From positions 3,958,628-4,022,627 of the forward strand of contig OZ220743.1 of NCBI GenBank assembly GCA_965116965.1: 64,000 nt of DNA, given 5' to 3'. Positions 1-9,049 of the stretch are shown here, piece after piece (positions within the stretch are counted from its first letter, which is position 1; every line of letters starts with the position of its first letter). The translations under genes and the position numbers were made by a program. The DNA comes from Acidimicrobiales bacterium. GTDB taxonomy: Bacteria > Actinomycetota > Acidimicrobiia > Acidimicrobiales > Aldehydirespiratoraceae. The notes beneath the pieces were generated by a model. It ran no database searches, was not told the DNA's origin, and saw only the letters and a program-made list of their open reading frames with translations.

Positions 1-660
1 GAACACGAACTTGGCCATCGCGGCGCCCTGGTACAGGTCGTTGTGGGCCGTGCGGTAGTAGCCCACGCTGTAGTTGGGTCCGGCGGTGCCGGCCAGGTCG
101 GACGTCAGCGCGGGCGAGGTGTTCCCGCCGGAGATAAGCACCATTCCGGCGTCGGTGATGAGCGGGGCTGCCGCCACCGCCGCGCCCGAGCACGACGTGC
201 CGATCACCCCGACGACGTCCTCGTCGGCCACGATCTGCTGGGCCGCGGCCTGGCCCCCGTCGTTGGAGCACAGGTCGTCGAGGCTCGTGCCGGTGTCCAC
301 GTCGAAGCCGTGGATCTGGCCGTAGTCGTCGACCGCGATCTGCGTGGCCCGATCGATCGGCAGGCCGAAGAAGGCCACGTCGCCGGTGATGGCCTCCAGC
401 GAGCGGATCTGGATGGCGTCGCCCGGCTCGACCGTCACAACACCCAGAGAGCCGTCGCCGAGATGGTCCATCATCTCGTCCATCTCGTCGGGGGCCTCGT
501 CAGGGGCCTCGTCGGGCTCGTCTGGGGTCGGCGCATCGTCGATCGGCGTCGCGACCGGCTCGTCTGCGGCCTCTTCGTCGTCGCCGCATGCGGCGGCTAC
601 GAGGCCGAGAGCCAGCAGCACCGCCAACCAGCGGAGCAGGTGCTTCCTCTTTTTTCTCAT
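1..660 (-). CDS. ABC-type substrate-binding lipoprotein, Leu/Ile/Val-binding (type-1 periplasmic binding protein) family; C-terminal part runs off the window
   Basis: This ORF is absent from the ORF track because it has no stop in the window. Manual reverse translation from the ATG at 660-658 stays open for all 220 codons. It begins MRKKRKHLLRWLAVLLALGLVAAAC (signal peptide plus lipobox Cys), followed by an acidic linker. Later segments such as ...DDLCSNDGGQAAAQQIVADEDVVGVIGTSCSGAAVAAAPLITDAGMVLISGGNTSPALT...YYRTAHNDLYQG are typical of LivJ/K-like binding proteins. Confidence 0.75.
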   Translation of the reverse strand, partial: MRKKRKHLLRWLAVLLALGLVAAACGDDEEAADEPVATPIDDAPTPDEPDEAPDEAPDEMDEMMDHLGDGSLGVVTVEPGDAIQIRSLEAITGDVAFFGLPIDRATQIAVDDYGQIHGFDVDTGTSLDDLCSNDGGQAAAQQIVADEDVVGVIGTSCSGAAVAAAPLITDAGMVLISGGNTSPALTSDLAGTAGPNYSVGYYRTAHNDLYQGAAMAKFVF

Positions 661-746
661 ATTCCCTCCTAGGGACGATCCGGCGGTAGCCGGATGCTTC
701 TATTGGAGATCTGGGTTCGGTTCTGGAGCCTAGGCTCCTGCGGGCG

Positions 747-1670
747 TCACTTCTGAACGGTCTCGTGCCACTTGCCGATGATGACGTTCTGGAGCCAGCC
801 GAAGGTCCAGAACACCGCGATGCCGAGCGCTGAGGACAACATCACTGCGGCCAGCAGTTCCTCGCCTTGAAGGTTGTTGGCGTAGCGCCGGAGCAGCTGG
901 CCGATGCCGACCTCGCCGCGGCCGAAGAAGAAGTCGCCGACGATGGCGCCGATGACCGACAGCCCGGCCGAGATTCGCAGGCCCGCGAAGACGGCCGGCA
1001 GCGCCGCCGGGAACATGAGCTTGCGCAGGCGTACGACCCGGTTGGCGTGGTGCAGCGTGAACAGGTCGTGCATGGCCCTGTCGGCCGACAGCAGCCCGAA
1101 CAGCGTGTTCATGATGATGGGGAACAGTGAGATGATGATGCACACCACCACCCGCGACGTCTGCCCGTAGCCCCACCAGAAGCCGATCAGGGGCACGATG
1201 GCCAGGATCGGTATCGCCTGGAGTGTCACCGCGAACGGGAACACGGCCCGCTCCACGATCTTGGCCTGGCTCATGATGGTGGCCAGAAAGAAGCCGATCG
1301 AGATGGCGATGGCCAGCCCGATCAACGCCACCTTGGTGCTCGACCAGAGCCCCCGGAGCATCTCGGTGAGGTTCGCCGATTCAAGGAATCCGACGTTGAC
1401 GACGTCGTGCACCGGCTTCATCAGGAAGCGGCGACTCTCGTCGATGACGACGAAGGAGACGTAGTACCAGAGCCCGATGACGCCCATGCCCAGCACGGCG
1501 GGAGGCAGGATCGTCTCAGCCGCCTCCCGCCGCCGCGACTTCACCCGGTAGGCCTTGGGGGCGTCGTCGGGCAGTTCCGGCGCGAATTGGCCGTCGGCGG
1601 GTGCGGTGCTCTGCTCGTCGGGCGCGGTGACGGCGCCGGCTTCGGACTCGGGGGATGCTTGCACGGTCAT
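747..1670 (-). CDS. ABC transporter permease (NitT/TauT, SsuC-like family)
   Basis: The 307-aa ORF is predicted to have multiple TM segments. It carries a binding-protein-dependent permease EAA-type region (...RKLMFPAALPAVFAGLRISAGLSVIGAIVGDFF...). Its start overlaps the stop of the upstream ATPase gene by 4 bp (1667-1670). Confidence 0.85.
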   Translation of the reverse strand: MTVQASPESEAGAVTAPDEQSTAPADGQFAPELPDDAPKAYRVKSRRREAAETILPPAVLGMGVIGLWYYVSFVVIDESRRFLMKPVHDVVNVGFLESANLTEMLRGLWSSTKVALIGLAIAISIGFFLATIMSQAKIVERAVFPFAVTLQAIPILAIVPLIGFWWGYGQTSRVVVCIIISLFPIIMNTLFGLLSADRAMHDLFTLHHANRVVRLRKLMFPAALPAVFAGLRISAGLSVIGAIVGDFFFGRGEVGIGQLLRRYANNLQGEELLAAVMLSSALGIAVFWTFGWLQNVIIGKWHETVQK

Positions 1671-2419
1671 GAGTGGGAACCTCGCAGGGCCAACGAGACC
1701 TCGCCGCTCAGCAGGGCGAAGTCCGGCTCGAACCGTAGCTCAGGCTGACGCGGGTAGCCGAACGGCACGTCGAAGCCGGCCACGATGCGGCCCGGGCGGG
1801 CCGACATGACGCACACCTTGGTGCTCATGAACACGGCCTCGCTGATCGAGTGGGTGATGAACAGCCCGGCGAACCCCTCCGACTGGAAGAGCCTCTGAGT
1901 CTCCTCGTTGAGGTGCTCACGGGTGATCTCGTCCACCGCGCCGAAGGGCTCGTCGAACAGGAACAACGGCGGCTTCAGGGTGAGGGTGCGGGCCAGCGAG
2001 GTCCGCATCCTCATCCCGCCCGACAGAGACTTCGGATAGTGGTTCTCGAAGCCGGTCAGACCGACCAGATCGATGGCTGCGGTCGACAATGATCTGCGTT
2101 CGCCGGAGTCGAAGCCGTGCAGTTCGGCAAAGAGTTCCACGTTCTGGCGCACGGTGCGCCACGGGAGCAGCGTGGCGTCCTGGAATACGTAGCCCAAGCG
2201 GTCCCGGTCGACTTCGACGCTGCCCGCGGTGGGCTCCAGCAAGCCCGAAGCGATTCGCAGCAGCGTGGACTTGCCGCACCCGGAAGGGCCGACGATGGTC
2301 ACGAACTCGCCTTTGTCGATCGACAGCGTGACGTCACGCAGCGCTTCGGTTCCATCCGGGAAGATCATGCCTATCCCGTCGAAGGACAGGGCGCCGTTGG
2401 CGGTCGCGGTCGTCACCAA
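1667..2419 (-). CDS. ABC transporter ATP-binding protein (NitT/TauT, SsuB/TauB-like)
   Basis: The 250-aa ORF has a Walker A motif (GPSGCGKST), an ABC signature (LSGGMRMR) and a Walker B motif (LFLFDEPFGAVD). Confidence 0.9.
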   Translation of the reverse strand: MVTTATANGALSFDGIGMIFPDGTEALRDVTLSIDKGEFVTIVGPSGCGKSTLLRIASGLLEPTAGSVEVDRDRLGYVFQDATLLPWRTVRQNVELFAELHGFDSGERRSLSTAAIDLVGLTGFENHYPKSLSGGMRMRTSLARTLTLKPPLFLFDEPFGAVDEITREHLNEETQRLFQSEGFAGLFITHSISEAVFMSTKVCVMSARPGRIVAGFDVPFGYPRQPELRFEPDFALLSGEVSLALRGSHS

Positions 2420-2518
2420 GTCTCTGTCCCCTTCGTAGCCAACGATGCTGACGGTTGCTGATCGCAGGGATGACCATACAGTACCGCCACCAGTCTCTGA
2501 CCAGACCGGCGAACCTCA

Positions 2519-3079
2519 ATGCGAGTCCTCCTGCTAGACGGCTACGACCCCTCAGACCCCGACCGCCTCGTCGTGGACGAGGCGGTGCAGGAGTTGGGCG
2601 CCGGGCGCCACGAACTGGACCTGCTGGTGGTGCACAGCTTCAACTCGGTGATGTCCGCGGCCGAGCGAGTCGCGTACCACAGCGACCAGCCGGTGATCTC
2701 CGACGATGTTCGGGACTCGGCCTCCAGGCTGCGGGCTGCGGAGGCTCTGCTGTTCTGCTACCCCACCGTGGCCTTCAACGTGCCGGCAACGATGAAGGGC
2801 TGGCTTGAGCGGGTTCTTGTGCCCGGCGTCGCCTTCGTGTTCGACGACAGGCGCCGGGTCAAGCCGGGCATGGAGAACATCCGCCGGATCGGCGCGATCA
2901 CCACCAGCCCGCATGGCCGGATGGCCCGGCTGCGGGGCCGGGACGCGGGCAAGCGCACGACGGCCCGCACGCTGCGGCTGAGCGCCCACAAGCGCTGCCG
3001 CACCACCTTCGTTTCCGTGCCCACTCCGGCTGACAACGAGGGCACGGCCAGGATCCGCCGGGCCCTCCGCCGCTGGTAA
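2519..3079 (+). CDS. Flavodoxin-like fold NAD(P)H (quinone) dehydrogenase family protein
   Basis: The 186-aa ORF starts MRVLLLDGYDP... and contains ...LLFCYPTVAFNVPATMKGWLERVL..., a pattern typical of the Flavodoxin_2/NQO-MdaB-type family. It is transcribed divergently from the ABC operon. Confidence 0.65.
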   Translation: MRVLLLDGYDPSDPDRLVVDEAVQELGAGRHELDLLVVHSFNSVMSAAERVAYHSDQPVISDDVRDSASRLRAAEALLFCYPTVAFNVPATMKGWLERVLVPGVAFVFDDRRRVKPGMENIRRIGAITTSPHGRMARLRGRDAGKRTTARTLRLSAHKRCRTTFVSVPTPADNEGTARIRRALRRW

Positions 3080-3202
3080 CGGCCGCCGACCCACCAGGCC
3101 GGGGGTGGCGACGGGTCCGGGCGGCCGACAATGGGGCGCAGCCCCGCCGGGCCGAAGGGAGCCCGGCGACAGGATCCGCCGGCCCGAAGGACCCGTCCGC
3201 GA

Positions 3203-4360
3203 TCAGGAGCTGGGCAGCAGGGGCAGTACTTCCTCGGCGATGCGGTGCAGATGCTCCTCGACCTGTTCGTAGGGGTCGCCGGGCATGGCCGGGAACAGCA
3301 GCAGGTTCTCCAGGCCGATCTGCTCGTCGTAGGCGTTGATGGTCTCGGCCACGTCCTCGGCCGTCCCGACCAGGTACATCTTCTGGTCGATGGACTGCTC
3401 CAGGGTGGGGATCAGCCCCGGCTTGGCCGGTTTGCCGTCGGGACCCATGTAGCCCTTGCTCCATCCGTAGGGGCCGAGGAACTTCCAGAACTCGTCGTGG
3501 CCGCCGCGCACCGACGCCACCGCCTCCTCATGGCTGTCGCCGACGCGGACGTTGAGCACCAGCAGGCGGTGCTCGCCCCGGTCCAGCTCACGGCCGTGGG
3601 TGGCTGCGTGGATCTCCGCGAACTTCTCCCACCGCTGCTTGACGAAGGAGTGGTGGTTGTTCCAGAACACGCCGCCCCAGCCGCAGCGGGGTACCTGCGC
3701 GAGGGTGGGGGGCGAGGTGATCGCCTGCCAGATCTCGTAGGGGTACAGCGGGCGGGGCACCAGCGACAGCTCGGTCACGAACCCGCCCCGGTCGGGGATC
3801 CCGGCCGGCGGGAAGTCATAGACGTCGCCGTGGAAGCTGAACGTGTCGTTGTCCAGCGCCAGACGGATCACCTCCATGGCCTCGTCGAACTGCCTGCGGT
3901 TCAACTCGTCGGCCGCGGCCTTGTCGGGATTGTCGAAGCTGCCGATCCTGGTGCCCAGCGTCTCAGCCTCACGCGGCACCGTTCCCCGGCCCACGCCCAG
4001 GATGCCCCGGCCGCCCGAGATGTTGTGCATCGTGGCGAAGTCCTCGGCCAGCCGCAGCGGATGCCACTGCGGCACGATGTTGAACGCCATCCCGATGCGG
4101 ATCTGCTCGGTGCGCTCGGCCAGGATCGTCCCCACCAGGATCCCGTTGGGTATGACTTCGTAGCCCTCGTGCTGGAAGTGGTGCTCGGTCAGCCAGAACG
4201 AGTCGAACCCCAACCGGTCGCACACCACCCCGGCGTCGATGATCTGCTCGGTGGCCCGCCAGATCTCCTTGGAGCTGTAGCGACGGTCGGTCGGAGCAGG
4301 CGGGCCCGCGCCTGCGTCCGGGAACTCGACCCCGCCGAACAGGAATACCCCGGTACGCAC
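3203..4360 (-). CDS. LLM-class (luciferase-like) flavin-dependent oxidoreductase
   Basis: The 385-aa ORF contains ...FDSFWLTEHHFQHEGYEVIPNG...IRIGMAFNIVPQWHPLRLAEDFATMHNISGGRGILGVGRG..., which is characteristic of luciferase-like monooxygenases. Confidence 0.85.
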   Translation of the reverse strand: MRTGVFLFGGVEFPDAGAGPPAPTDRRYSSKEIWRATEQIIDAGVVCDRLGFDSFWLTEHHFQHEGYEVIPNGILVGTILAERTEQIRIGMAFNIVPQWHPLRLAEDFATMHNISGGRGILGVGRGTVPREAETLGTRIGSFDNPDKAAADELNRRQFDEAMEVIRLALDNDTFSFHGDVYDFPPAGIPDRGGFVTELSLVPRPLYPYEIWQAITSPPTLAQVPRCGWGGVFWNNHHSFVKQRWEKFAEIHAATHGRELDRGEHRLLVLNVRVGDSHEEAVASVRGGHDEFWKFLGPYGWSKGYMGPDGKPAKPGLIPTLEQSIDQKMYLVGTAEDVAETINAYDEQIGLENLLLFPAMPGDPYEQVEEHLHRIAEEVLPLLPSS

Positions 4361-4381
4361 GCCGCCTACTGTAGAACCGGC

Positions 4382-4672
4382 TCAGCAGTCGCGGATCACT
4401 CGGAAGGCCCGCATCGTGGCCTCCCGGCGCCACTGGCCCATGGCCTCGTCGACGGCCCCGACCTCGGCGGGCGGCACGGCGTCCCACGCCTCCATCGACT
4501 CCCAGTGGATCACCGCGTGGACCCTGCCGGGGTCGTCGTCGGCGATCCACATCTCCTTGCCCGCGAAGCCGGGCCGGCTCTCCAGGTAGCGGCTCCAGTG
4601 GAGCTCCTCGACCGCCAGCCACTCGTCGCGCTCGTCGGGGTCCACCTCGAAGGTCAGGAACTCGATCACCAT
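4382..4672 (-). CDS. Small ABM-fold / TIGR03792-like protein
   Basis: The 96-aa ORF reads MVIEFLTFEVDPDERDEWL...PGFAGKEMWIADDDPGRVHAVIHWESMEAWDAVP. This resembles the small dimeric alpha-beta barrel (antibiotic-biosynthesis-monooxygenase-like) family as I remember it. It lies 21 bp downstream of the LLM gene. Confidence 0.5.
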   Translation of the reverse strand: MVIEFLTFEVDPDERDEWLAVEELHWSRYLESRPGFAGKEMWIADDDPGRVHAVIHWESMEAWDAVPPAEVGAVDEAMGQWRREATMRAFRVIRDC

Positions 4673-4883
4673 CGGTTTCAGACTAGAGGCCGGGCGGGAG
4701 CCGCAGCCCGGCTACAGCCTCCGAAGGCGTGGAGCGAGGCCGCGGCCCGAGCGGCCCGCGAGCGAAGCGGACAAGAGCGGGGAACTAGAGCGCGGCCGGC
4801 CGGAATCGATGTCGAAGGCCGCCCTCCAAGGGCCGGCACTTCATCAATTTCGGGCGAAGCGGGGCGCGGCGTAGGGTGAGAGG

Positions 4884-6230
4884 GTGACCGGAGCCGTCTG
4901 CGACCTGCGCAGCTACATGGCGGTCGCCGAGGCCGCCGGGATGCTCAACCGCATATCGCGCCCCGTGAGCCTCGAGCACGAGCTGGCCGATGTGGCCGCC
5001 GCGCTGGAGCGCTCCGGCGCGGGGCCGGCGCTGTTCGAGGCGCCCAAGGACTCGCCGTGGCCGATCTTCTCGGGCGCGGTCAGCAGCCGGCGCACCGCCG
5101 CGCTGGCCCTGGGCTGCGAGCCCGACGAGGTGGTGGACCGCATGGGCCGCGCCCTGGAGCCGGCCAACGGGGTGGCCGCCGCCCGGGTCGGCTCGGCAGC
5201 CTGGCACGACGACTGCCTCACCGGCGACGACGTGGACCTGGCCGCCATACCGGTACCCACGCACTCGCGGGGCGACGGCGGCGCCTTCATCACCGGCGCG
5301 GTGAGCGTGACCAAGGACCCGATCAGCGGGCGGGGGAACCTGTCGTACAACCGGATGCTGATGCTGGACCGCAACGTCCTGGGCTTCAACGTCAACGAGT
5401 GGCGCGACGTGGGCACGTTCATGCGCAGCCGGCCCGACCCCGGCGCGCCCTTCGACGTGGCCCTGGCCATCGGCCTCGACCCGGCGGTGATGATCGCGGC
5501 CGGGGTGCGCACGCCGGTCGACGAGCTGCTGATCGCGGGCGCCCTGCGGGGCCGGCCGGTGGAGGTGTGCCGGGGCCGCACCGTCGACGTCGACGTGCCC
5601 GCGCATGCCGAGGTGGTGATCGAGGGCCGGATCCGTCCCGACCAGCGGGCCGACGAGGGGCCGCTGGCCGAGTTCCACGGCTACCACGGCGAGATGTGGC
5701 CCAGCCCCACCGTGGAAGTGACGGCCATCTCCTGGCGCCACAGCCCCATCTACCAGACGATCATCCCGGGGTGGTACGAGCACGTGTTCATCGGCAACGT
5801 GCTGCCCCGCGAGCCCCTGCTGCGCCGCTTCGTGCGCCACATCGACCCCGGCGCCGATGTGTACATCCCGCCCTACGGCAACGGCTTCCTGGCCGTGATC
5901 CAGATCGACCGCGACAACCCGGGCACGCCCAAGAACCTGGCCATGGCGGCCATGGCGGCCCACATCAACATCCGCAACGTGATCGTGGTTGACCGCGACG
6001 TCGACGTCAGCCAGCCCTCCGAGCTGCACTGGGCCCTCACCAACCGGGTCCACTGGCTCGACGACGTGTTCACCACCGGCCACGCCCAGGGCCATGAGAT
6101 GGATCCCACCGCCGACAACCGGGGCGTCGGCACCAAGGTGGGCATCGACGCCACCTACAAGCGGGAGCGCCGCGAGTACGGCGAGCGGGTGGCCTACGCG
6201 CCGGTTGATCTTGGGAAGTACCTGTCATGA
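4884..6230 (+). CDS. UbiD-family (prenyl-FMN-dependent) decarboxylase
   Basis: The 448-aa ORF starts with GTG. Its N-terminus, DLRSYMAVAEAAGMLNRISRPVSLEHELADV, and its overall length match UbiD-like decarboxylases. It is followed directly by the ubiX partner gene. Confidence 0.8.
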   Translation: MTGAVCDLRSYMAVAEAAGMLNRISRPVSLEHELADVAAALERSGAGPALFEAPKDSPWPIFSGAVSSRRTAALALGCEPDEVVDRMGRALEPANGVAAARVGSAAWHDDCLTGDDVDLAAIPVPTHSRGDGGAFITGAVSVTKDPISGRGNLSYNRMLMLDRNVLGFNVNEWRDVGTFMRSRPDPGAPFDVALAIGLDPAVMIAAGVRTPVDELLIAGALRGRPVEVCRGRTVDVDVPAHAEVVIEGRIRPDQRADEGPLAEFHGYHGEMWPSPTVEVTAISWRHSPIYQTIIPGWYEHVFIGNVLPREPLLRRFVRHIDPGADVYIPPYGNGFLAVIQIDRDNPGTPKNLAMAAMAAHINIRNVIVVDRDVDVSQPSELHWALTNRVHWLDDVFTTGHAQGHEMDPTADNRGVGTKVGIDATYKRERREYGERVAYAPVDLGKYLS

Positions 6231-6276
6231 GCGTTGGGAGGCGGGCTCCCGCCCGCGCCCCGGAGAAGTACCTGTC

Positions 6277-6846
6277 ATGACGGGGCCGCGGCGGGTGGTG
6301 GTGGCCATCAGCGGAGCCACCGGCGTGGTGTACGGGATCCGGGCGCTGGAGCTGCTGCGCGAGGTCGAAGATGTGGAGACCCACCTGGTGATGACCGGCC
6401 CCGGTCGCCAGACGCTCGCCTACGAGACTGACCTGGCGCCGGCCGATGTGGACGCCCGGGCGGATGTGGTCCACGGCTCGCGTGACATCGCCGCCCCGAT
6501 CTCGTCGGGCTCCTACCCCACTGCGGGGATGATCATCGCCCCCTGCTCCATCAAGATGCTCTCCGCGGTGGCCAACTCCTACTGTGCCGACCTCGTGTCG
6601 CGGGCGGCCGACGTGACGCTCAAGGAGCGGCGGCCGCTGGTGCTGATGGTGCGCGAGACGCCGCTGCACCTGGGCCATCTGCGCCTGATGGTCCAGGCCG
6701 CGGAGATCGGTGCGGTGGTGTACCCGCCGGTTCCGGCCTTCTACACCCGGCCGGAGTCGATCGAGGACCTGGTCACCCACTCGGTGGTGCGGGCCCTCGA
6801 GCATCTGGGCGTCGAGGTCGGCGACGTCCCCCGCTGGGGCGAATAG
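6277..6846 (+). CDS. ubiX: UbiX flavin prenyltransferase
   Basis: This is an internal ATG (6277) of track ORF 5989..6846. The product reads MTGPRRVVVAISGATGVVYGIRALELL...GMIIAPCSIKMLSAVANSYCADLVSRAADVTLKERRPLVLMVRETPLH..., which is classic UbiX/Pad1. The upstream extension of the track ORF overlaps ubiD out of frame and is rejected. Confidence 0.9.
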   Translation: MTGPRRVVVAISGATGVVYGIRALELLREVEDVETHLVMTGPGRQTLAYETDLAPADVDARADVVHGSRDIAAPISSGSYPTAGMIIAPCSIKMLSAVANSYCADLVSRAADVTLKERRPLVLMVRETPLHLGHLRLMVQAAEIGAVVYPPVPAFYTRPESIEDLVTHSVVRALEHLGVEVGDVPRWGE

Positions 6847-6965
6847 CCGCGGCAGCGCAGCGCGTCCCCAGCGGCCTCATCAGGATACAAAGATATTTTC
6901 ATGCTATTAGGTTGTAGGACACGCTGTCGTCGCTACGCTCCCTGAGGGAGCTGAGAATCTCTGAG

Positions 6966-7394
6966 GTGAGCCCGATGACAACGACCGACATGAGCGACAT
7001 GACCTCAGAGCAGCCGGCTGCCGATCGTGCCGCCGCGCTGTTCGCGGACGCCCGGGTACTGCACAACGCAGCGCTGGCCCGCCTGGAGGCCGGCGACGTC
7101 AGGGATGCCGCCGAGAAGGCGTGGTGCGCCACCAGGCGCGCCACCGACGGCCTCATCGTGGCCCGCACCGGCGAGGAGCCCGCGAAGTCCCCAATCACGA
7201 CGCGGGAGATGCAACGCCTCGCCGCCGACGACCCGGGCATCGACCGCCTCTCGGATCGCTACCACGTCGTGAGGGACACCCTGCACGGCGACTGCTTCTA
7301 CCTCGGTCTCTGCGAGCCGCTCGACCGCACCGAGCGCCGCGTACGCGACACCGTCGACCACATCGGAGAAGCCGAGTCCCTCGCGGCCGGCTAG
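6966..7394 (+). CDS. Hypothetical helical protein, possibly HEPN/PaREP1-like
   Basis: The 142-aa ORF follows the only AT-rich stretch of the core region (6870-6960). The segments ...AAEKAWCATRRATDGLIVA... and ...LHGDCFYLG... resemble PaREP1/HEPN-type four-helix proteins. There is no canonical Rx4-6H motif, so the call is weak. Confidence 0.35.
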   Translation: MSPMTTTDMSDMTSEQPAADRAAALFADARVLHNAALARLEAGDVRDAAEKAWCATRRATDGLIVARTGEEPAKSPITTREMQRLAADDPGIDRLSDRYHVVRDTLHGDCFYLGLCEPLDRTERRVRDTVDHIGEAESLAAG

Positions 7395-7432
7395 AGGACG
7401 CTGGCCGCGGCCTGCTCGGTCTGGGCCGCGCG

Positions 7433-9049
7433 TCAGGCCAGGCTGCGAAGGACGGCGTTGGCGGTGTTGCGGCCGGATGACCCCCAGATTCCAGACCCCG
7501 GATAGGTACCCGCGCCCGACAGGAACAGTCCGGGCACCGGCGCCCGGTACCGGCTCAGCTCGCGGCGCCGACCGAACAGCGACGACAGTGGGGAGCCCGC
7601 GTACGACGGCGTGTATCCCCGGGCCAGGTAGAACTCGCGCTCGTAGCGGTCGGGGGTCATGGTCCGGTAGCGGTCCACCGACTCGAGGAATCCGGGCTGC
7701 AGCAGGCCCGACCACACCTTCAGCCACCGGGCCGGCTCGGGCGAGTCGGCCCAGCCGCCCTCTATGTCATAGGGGGTGAACAGCGCCTCCAGGCTGAGCA
7801 CGTGGAGTCCGTCGCCACTGCGCATCGTCGGGTCCAGCACCGACGGCACGTTGGCCATCATGGTGGGCCGCTCAGCCACCCGGCCCAGGCTCCGCAGCCG
7901 GTGGGCGTCGGCCAACTCAGCCGCGGTGGGTGAGATGACGACGTTCGACTGGGCCGGATCGCGTCCTTCGAACAGATCGAGCAGAGCCGAATCCTCCAGA
8001 GCCGGGTATCGAGGGAGGTCGGTGATGACGGCGTCGATCTTGGACTGGTAGCCGTCGGTTGGGGTCTGCGATCGGGCCCGAGCGACGAAGCGGCGAGCCC
8101 CGCCGGTGGGCTCGGCGAGCCACCGCGACGCCACCGAGGCCGGATCGACAGCGGTCACCACCGCGGCCGCAGTGACTTCGGCGCCGTCGGCCAAGCGCAC
8201 GCCCTGCACGCCCCGGCCGTCGCCGAGCAAACCGGTCACCGCCGTGCCGCATCTCAAGACGCCTCCGGCCGCGGTGAACGAGGCGGCCAGCGCGTCGGTG
8301 AGCGCGCCGCTGCCGCCCACCGGGCGGCCCGTCTTGACCATGTGGCGCATGGCATAGGACGCGCCGGCCAGACCGGTGCCGGGTCTGTCTCCTGGAGCGC
8401 CCCAGACTGTGGGGCCGTTGGAAATGGCCGGCATGACCAGGGCTTCGTCATCGAAATAGGACCTCAGCACGTCCAGCGCGCCGGCCCGGCTCCACTGCAG
8501 CAGCCGGGCTCCGCCGCGGGCTCGGCGGGCGGCCAGCCGTGCCAGCATCCGTGGCGTGGACGCCGGCCCGGTGCCCATCTCCAGGATGAGTTCGGCGACC
8601 GGTCTGGCGTCGGCCAGATATCGGCGGTAGGCGGTGGCTTGCGCGGGCCGGTGGCGCCCGATGGACTCGATGGTGCGCTCGCTGTCGTTGAAGAACAGCC
8701 ACGGCGGGCTGCCGTCGTAGCCCATGTAGACGGTGGTCGGGTCGGCTTCCAGGTATCGCAACCCGTGGGCGGCCAGGTCCAGGTCGTCCATGAAGGGCAT
8801 GGCCCGCACCAGGGTGTGGTCGCAGCTGCAGATGTTGAAGCGGGCGTCCAGGTCGCTGACCGTGGAGGCGCAGCCCCCCACTTCGTCGCGGGCCTCCACC
8901 AGCAGGGTGTCCACTCCGGCCCGGGCCAGGTAGGCCGCGCAGATGAGGCCGTTGTGGCCGCCGCCCACCACCACGACGTCGGCGTCGCCGACGGTTCCGG
9001 TGCGGCTGGACCCGGCGCCGACCTCCGGAGCGACACCGGCGGCGGTCAT
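7433..9049 (-). CDS. NAD(P)/FAD-dependent oxidoreductase (phytoene desaturase/CrtI-like family)
   Basis: The start is taken at the internal ATG at 9049, giving MTAAGV...DADVVVVGGGHNGLICAAYLARAGVDTLLVEARDEVGGC, a Rossmann GxGxxG dinucleotide-binding N-terminus. This ATG overlaps the upstream yqeC stop as ATGA. The longer track ORF (to 9391) would overlap yqeC. Confidence 0.8.
   Translation of the reverse strand: MTAAGVAPEVGAGSSRTGTVGDADVVVVGGGHNGLICAAYLARAGVDTLLVEARDEVGGCASTVSDLDARFNICSCDHTLVRAMPFMDDLDLAAHGLRYLEADPTTVYMGYDGSPPWLFFNDSERTIESIGRHRPAQATAYRRYLADARPVAELILEMGTGPASTPRMLARLAARRARGGARLLQWSRAGALDVLRSYFDDEALVMPAISNGPTVWGAPGDRPGTGLAGASYAMRHMVKTGRPVGGSGALTDALAASFTAAGGVLRCGTAVTGLLGDGRGVQGVRLADGAEVTAAAVVTAVDPASVASRWLAEPTGGARRFVARARSQTPTDGYQSKIDAVITDLPRYPALEDSALLDLFEGRDPAQSNVVISPTAAELADAHRLRSLGRVAERPTMMANVPSVLDPTMRSGDGLHVLSLEALFTPYDIEGGWADSPEPARWLKVWSGLLQPGFLESVDRYRTMTPDRYEREFYLARGYTPSYAGSPLSSLFGRRRELSRYRAPVPGLFLSGAGTYPGSGIWGSSGRNTANAVLRSLA

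Noticed and set aside
3131-6095. Long antisense or alternate-frame ORFs: 3131..4879 plus (582 aa), 3969..4622 minus, 4785..6095 minus (436 aa) and 5057..5992 plus.
   Set aside because: They lie opposite to, or out of frame with, the well-supported LLM and UbiD genes. Their translations are Arg/Gly/Ala/Pro-rich, as is typical of non-coding frames in high-GC DNA.
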